DNA of 64,000 bases from the human T2T-CHM13v2.0 reference genome, Homo sapiens. This document shows positions 57,093 through 64,000 of this stretch, piece after piece. The translations under genes and the position numbers were made by a program. Positions within the stretch are counted from its first letter, which is position 1, and each line of letters begins with the position of its first letter. Location of the stretch: assembly GCF_009914755.1 (NCBI RefSeq), contig NC_060931.1. One strand, 5' to 3'. The notes beneath the pieces were generated by a model. The model was given only the letters and a program-made list of their open reading frames with translations. It was not told where the DNA came from and searched no databases.

Positions 57093-59944
57093 CTAAGTGG
57101 ATTTTTAAAAAGATTTTCCTCCTTAGGTTTTGCAGTGCTATATGTGCTAGATACAAAAGATGCTGCAATTTATTTTGGTAAATCACTGGGCCACATTAAT
57201 GGCCCAGTGGATAGATTTGACAAAAGAACTTACATTATAAATGATCAAAGTTTGGGTATAAAAATTGAGGAACATTTATACTATGGCCTATCCAATAGAT
57301 TTTTTAAGCAGAAACATACAAATAATACAGTCATTGGCAAACTATCAAAGAGGTCTATCCAGGTTTCTGGTTAAATGCATCTAGATATGGCTTTTGATTC
57401 TAAAATCTATGCATGAGAAGACACAATCTTGGTAAAATAAATGTTGCTCTTAGTGTATTCTCTCCTTCCAAAATGCTTTCTGTAATTTTAACTTTGGACT
57501 GAAAATACAATGATGAGTCTTATCATGGTTTTAATAAGTCACTTAAGTGGCATATACTCTTTTCTTAAAGGGGTGACCTTCATGCCTTCTATTAATAGCT
57601 TAAATGGTCAAATATGGTTTTGTATATTTTAAATTTATAATAAAAAGCAAAAAGGATTTATACTAGTGACAACACATCTTTAGGGTAACAGAATGGAGAG
57701 AACTACATTTTAAAGAGGCACCATAGAGAGCAATCAACACATGATTCTTATTAGGGTTAACAATTTCTTTATGAAAAATATATTAATTTGTTTTTGTGTG
57801 TGAATACAGTAAAACTTGAAAAGGAACCATGAAGAATGCTTATGGATATATTATCCACTTTTTTGGTAAAAAGTCAATAGGACTTAAAAAGCTATTATTA
57901 AGACTATTTATGGCTTGTTTTTGCTCTTAGTTGTCAGGTGTTTAAAAAAGCAGTTGACATGGTACAACATATATTAAACCATAATAAATGAATCATTTAA
58001 AGTTTGCAGATACTTTATATACACAGGTCATACAATTTGCAAACTAATAAAACAAAATTAAACAAGAAAGCAATTCTGTATTTTGTCTGATTTGGAGAAA
58101 AAGAATTTGGCTTGAATTAGAAAATTCCATTTTTCATTTTTCACTATTGTAGTAATTTTTGTCTATGGCAGTTAAAAAGAAAACTTTTGAGGTGGGTTAT
58201 GATTTCAAACATTTAATACCCTTTCACCTCTCTCCTCTCTTCTCTTTTTCAATTTTTATTCTTCTTCTTTTCCTTTCTTTCTTCCTTCCACCCATCTTTT
58301 ATATATTTGTATTTTGTATGCTTACTGCAAGTAAATCACTGTGCTTTGAGAGATGGAGGTGAAGAAATAACTACATCATCCCTGACTTCAATGTACTTCA
58401 TCTAATGAAAGAAATTACATATAAGCACAAGACAGCAGTACTTTGAATTAAGTACTGTGATCTGAATGTATAGTTGTAGCACACTCTGGAAAAGAGCTTT
58501 GAGGGGTGATGGTCAGATAAAACTTCAAAGAGGAAATGCTGCTTGATATTGTTTAAAAGAAGGAATACCGATCCAGCATACAAAGACCAAGAGGCCATTT
58601 CCAGTAAATACCACACGTAGAATTTATTCATGTTTGCTAAAGCCACATTTTATAAGAGGGATTTTCATGTCTATGTTTATGACTCAGAGTACTAGAATAA
58701 TTAGTGGAGCCACATCTGGAGCAGACAAGGAGTTAATTCTTCAGCTAAGAAATTTTGAAGACTAGCAACAACAGCAACAGTAAAACTAATGGAAAAACAA
58801 CATCCCTATAATGAAGAATATGAATTGTATATGGTTATAAGATAGCTTACTAAAACAATTATATTCAACATCTAGAAATAGTACATAATGGCCTTCAATT
58901 GTTTTCTCTACTAAAATTAATGAAAACCAATTGCCAAGTCCAACTATGAGACCTTCCATTTTATCTTCTACTACTAATTTCTCATCCTGCATTCTTCCCA
59001 TACTGCTGTCCCATTTAATAGATTCTCAGTCCTTTCTTGGTCTCCTCAGCTCTGTCCTGGAATGGTCCATTTGTTATATTAGAAACTTTATCCCTAATTT
59101 TAGAAAACTCTTGTTCTTTTTGTGGAATGCTAATAAATGTATGGATTTTAGGTACACAGACATTGTCTAATGCGTTTAAAACATGTTTTCCTCTAGTGCA
59201 TTCCGTTAAATGCTGCCACACGCTACTCATTATCCTAGAAATGGTTTCTGTCTTTTTATATGGACCTGTAGCTTTATGTCTCCTTTGAACATTGTCTGTT
59301 AGCTGACTCCCTTTTTCTGTCTGCTTTATACTTTGCTAGAGTTGGAAGAGAGCTGTTATTTCTGGCTTCTGAGATAAAAACATTAATTTCCAGGTACCAA
59401 GCTGAAAATAGATCCCCAAATACAAAGAAATATGGATGCCATTGTATTGCCTATTAAATAGCCCCTCTTTCTGCAGGAGCTTGGATTTTTTTTTATTGTT
59501 CAACCTTCTACATCTACTAACAGTAAGCTGACTCAATCGCTGGTTTAAAAGCATAAAACAGCATGGTCAATTCAGGAAACAGAAGGAACTTTTATTTATT
59601 TATGGCTAGACCAACTGACTAGGGAAGCAGTAGGAGACAAAGCTAGAGGGTAAAATATAGGCTTAGTAATGGTAGACTCTGACATATGCTAAATATTTCT
59701 GCTTTTTACAGTAGACTGTGCGGAGCTACTAAAAGTTTTTCAACAGAAAGCAACATTTTCAGATTTCCATTTTAGCTATATCACTCTGGTAGGGAAGGGA
59801 TTCGTTTCTTAGAAGTGATATTTACAAAAATACAGGTAAATTAGAAGTTACTCTAAGACTGCCTGCTCGAGAAGAGGTTGATAAGTGACATTTTGATGAG
59901 GGCATTCTTGATACAGTATATTTGATGCTGGGGCATTTGGATTT

Positions 59945-60002
59945 TATATATATATATATGTATATATGTATATATGTGTGTGTGTATACATATGTGGATA
60001 TG
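59945..60002. repeat. (TA)n/(TG)n compound microsatellite
   Basis: Directly visible in the sequence. Confidence 0.85.
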
Positions 60003-61049
60003 CGTTAGATTTTATATCTGTCTTTCTAGATGTAGACATATACATGCATATGCATAGATTAAAACCTTAACTCAAACCCCCTTCCTATCTGCTCATTTGT
60101 TAGTAATGGTTTTTATGACCACAGTTTGTACACATCTGACAACCCTCAAACTCACCCCATTTCTTTAATACTTATGTTTCCATATCAAAATAAAACATAC
60201 TAAAACCCGTTTTTTGTTACCAAATCACTTGTAAGTTTTAGGTCTTTAAAAATATAATTCTGAACAATTGAAACACATTAAAATATACCTGGCTCAAACA
60301 AATGATTGAGATCACAAGATCAAGTCAAAGCCTTTTGTTTCCATCTTACACTTGTCAGGTTAGGAAAGAACAATGATTTACACTGACCAGAAAAAAAAAG
60401 AAAAGAAAAGAGAAGAAAAAAACACATGACTTAGTTGTTAAAAATAGAGTACTGAATTCTGACTATTGAAGTCTTTGGAAATTTCATGGCTGGGCCCTGT
60501 GAGTTCATTCTGGATGATACCAAAAGTATCAAGGCGTAGCCACCTCAGAAGTTTTGAGATGAGAAAAAAAATACTGATTTTAAAGAGAATGGTGAATTTA
60601 CATACATTTGATTAGTACTGATTTCATTTCATGGAATTTGCTTTTGCTTTAATATGGGGTACAAAAGGGCACCAAGAGTGAGGAAAGAGAGATGAGAAAG
60701 CTAGGGGCCCCAGAAGGAATAGGGTCTAGGGGTTCTCCTGCAGAGCTTATTTGGTGATTTTGATACAATAATAAATCAATGCCCTCATATTTTGATATTA
60801 CCATGTTGACTGCCAAATGGCTGCAGCATATTAGCAGCAAAATTGCTTTATTCAGATGAGAATTTTGAACCAAGATTGTAAAAGTAGGAATTAAGAGGGC
60901 AACAAAGATACGGGAGGCATTGTTGAGTTGAGAGAATAAACAGTTTTAGATTTGATATGCACGACGGCTAAAGAGAAGGTGAGAAGTCTAAAACAACTCA
61001 CATGTTTCTGATTTTGGAATTAGAAGGATTAGTGCCTTTTATTTTTAAG

Positions 61050-61320
61050 GTATTTGTTAAGCATCTGTTGTGTGCCAAGACTGTTCCAGATGTTCAAAAT
61101 AGTGCGGTAAACTAGACAGACTTGTCCTTCTTTTCATAGAAATTTTATTTTGGTGAAGCAGAGAAATCATAATCAAATAAGCAAATAAAGTTTGGCAATG
61201 GCACTTAAAGTGAAAGAAAGGGATATAGGAAAGGGTTATTTTCAAAAGAGAAAGAGGAGGACTCATTCAGGACATGACATCTGAGCCAAGACTTGAGAAA
61301 AGTGTGGAAATGAATGAATA
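61050..61320 (-). mobile_element. L2 3' fragment
   Basis: tatttgttaagcatctgttgtgtgccaagactgttccagatg...acagacttgtccttc...tgacatctgagccaagacttga. Confidence 0.7.
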
Positions 61321-63778
61321 GTATTTATATTGCCTTTGGCCTAATTGTATTTATATCCTGGGCTTTGGGACAGGTTCTAATTTGCATGCCTATCATAATG
61401 TTAATTTATTATTATTTTTTCACAATCCAACTGGGGAGCTACTTTTCATCACTCACTAAACCAAGTTTTGAAAGCAGTGCGGCTGGCAGGCAGTCTTTCG
61501 TTTTCTATTACAATATTGTTGATAACTTCCTTTTCCAAACTTTACATGCTGTTCTAGACACATAGAATCTGAATCATGATCCCTAGAGTAAATACTCACT
61601 TCTTATAAGAATGTTGAATTCCCGAAACATAGAAACCAGTCATTTCTCTGCTCTCCCAGTTACTACCCTACAGGTGAGAGTTTAACTTTTGTCTTACATT
61701 AAGCTCACAGCCATGCCACCAACTTATTTCTATAGAGTTTGTTCAGATTTTCAAAAATATCTTTAAAAACTTTGGAATTTTAAAATGGTTTTAGTGATGA
61801 ATAAGGAAAAACTTTTGTTGCCGTATTTTTGACCCTGCTACACGTTTGGTGATTTAAGAAAGTAAAAGGGTGATTGCAGCCAAATCCAAGTCTGTGTTTA
61901 TGTTGTTATAGAGGGAGCAAGTAAGCATGATTTATATATACATGTAAAGTGGAAGATGGAGTCCAATAGATAGATGGATTCAGGTGTTTTCATATTCATC
62001 AGGTGCATTCCTGAAAAGTCCTTTATTCCATCTTTATTGAAGTTGATTAGTAAGTTACTTAAAATGTTAGAAGTTATGTTTTTGAGGATCTGAACTCTTA
62101 CTACAGCTGAAATCATAAAATTATCTATGGTGACTGAACTCTGACGATGGCAAAGCCAAATGAAAGCAATATTATATTAATTATTATTAATTATATTACT
62201 TTTTCTTTATTATTCTGTTTTTTTTTTTTCTTTTGCCCTATCCTCTTGCCTAAATTACTCGTAGAATAACACTCATCAGAACTGTGGTTAATAATAACCT
62301 CAGCATAATTTAGCATGGGCTAGAAACATTTGCATTCTAGGGATGAAAACCACTTTGCAAATTGCTTAAGTAATATGATACACACTATTCAAGGAACAAG
62401 TCTACTGCTGGGCTCTATACAGCTTACTTACCTGTGCTTTGTAAACTGTAAATAATAAATGCTAATATTCCAAACAACTTGATTTCAAATAGTTTGTAAA
62501 CCAAAAGAAAAAATTTTACAAAACAAAGTTCTCAACCATTTTTTCTATTATTACCATGAGAAATTCATCTTCTAGAATGATCTGAACTCAGTACTCATTC
62601 ACGTGTGCACATTTCAAGCACAGACTTCTGCATCTATGTTTGTAATCTTAGATGTACACACATACATATAAATATATACATAAATGATATAAAGTTTAAT
62701 GAAATGAAATTTCCTTACATTTTTTATAAGTGATACACGAATATTTTCTATTCTATTCCATTCTTCTTATTTTTAAAGTTTAGTTTTTTAAGCTAAAGTG
62801 TTTTAAAGATCATTAAGCTAATTCCACAAATTGCTAGTGGCTTATAACCCACAATTAGTAAAATGGCTGTGCATATTCTGATAACATGTATGAGTAAATA
62901 AAGAAAGAAATGAATAATGGAAAAAAAGAGAGAGGGAGGAAATAAGGAGAGAAAGAAGAAGGAAGAGAAACATCTCTCTGAATACAAATATATGCTCTCT
63001 AAGCTTCTGAAAATAGAAAATATATGGAAGGGTACAAATCAACATTAACAATGATTACCTTAGTGAGGTGAGAGTGAGGATTGAAAAGGCATGAGTGTCT
63101 TTTATATTTGTGGTTTAAAATCCAATATTTGTATATGTGTGTATATACAAAAACATATATTATTTTTACATATATGCATACTATATATGTATATACACAT
63201 ATAGAGACAAATAAAAGTACAATATTTATGTTTATATGGAGAGAGAGAGACAGAGATATGGGGAAAGAGAGACAGAAAACTTCTAATTGTTAAATTTATT
63301 ATGCTTCAATAGAATTTGAAAAACAACAACATACAATACAGGCTGTCACTTTTGCAAAGTTTAATAAACATCTTATGAAACCACATAACAGCAACCAACT
63401 TCCTGACAAAAATTAGGATGGAGGCTTTTCTTTCATGTTAAAGAGAAAGAATCCAAGAGTGAGAAAGGTGATCGTGGAGAGTTCTGGTGAATACGTATAA
63501 TACATCTCACTAATGATAATATACACCAAGAGTGTGTGATTCGCTCAAGTCCACTTATTTAGTGTCAGAAAAGTATCTACAAACAGATTTACTAATTCTC
63601 ATTCTAATGTTTTCGTTTTTTTTTAACTTCGTCACTGAAGAATGACTAAGATTTATCTGAATTATATAATAGCTTGTTCCCTAAAGCATTTTTGTTGATT
63701 TTTTTTTGAATTATGACCCACTATTACTTATAAGGTCATGCCGAATATAGTGGGATGTAAATTGAAAGCATCGAAGTT

Positions 63779-63973
<195 letters not shown>

Positions 63974-64000
63974 CTATGTATCAGAAGTGACCAAATTCGT

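Overview
This is human genomic DNA: it carries AluYa5 and AluYb9, subfamilies essentially restricted to humans. It is AT-rich and CpG-poor, typical of a long intron or a gene desert. I recognise no intact protein-coding gene. The long entries in the ORF track are decayed LINE-1 ORF1/ORF2 fragments, Alu or LTR read-throughs, or low-complexity artefacts. Content: about 17 Alu copies or fragments, at least 8 LINE-1 pieces (L1PA2 to old L1M), about 9 solo LTRs (THE1, MLT2, MLT1, MER34-like), L2/MIR relics, a ~230-bp 18S rRNA-derived insertion and a perfect 30-bp palindromic minisatellite. The most unusual structures are: (1) an AluY whose 5' half plus 26 bp of upstream flank appears inverted in place; (2) a minisatellite built entirely from alternating inverted 11-bp arms; (3) an 18S rRNA insert with no tail and no target-site duplication (TSD); (4) a twin-primed L1 nested in an older L1; (5) an L1PB that kept its 5' end but lost its 3' ~4 kb at a junction that looks locally templated. 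Several non-repetitive plus-strand splice-acceptor candidates and one CpG-retaining TATA/E2F-like element hint at an unidentified transcript, but this is inference only. I found no convincing previously undescribed biological system. Subfamily calls come from remembered consensus features, not from a database search.
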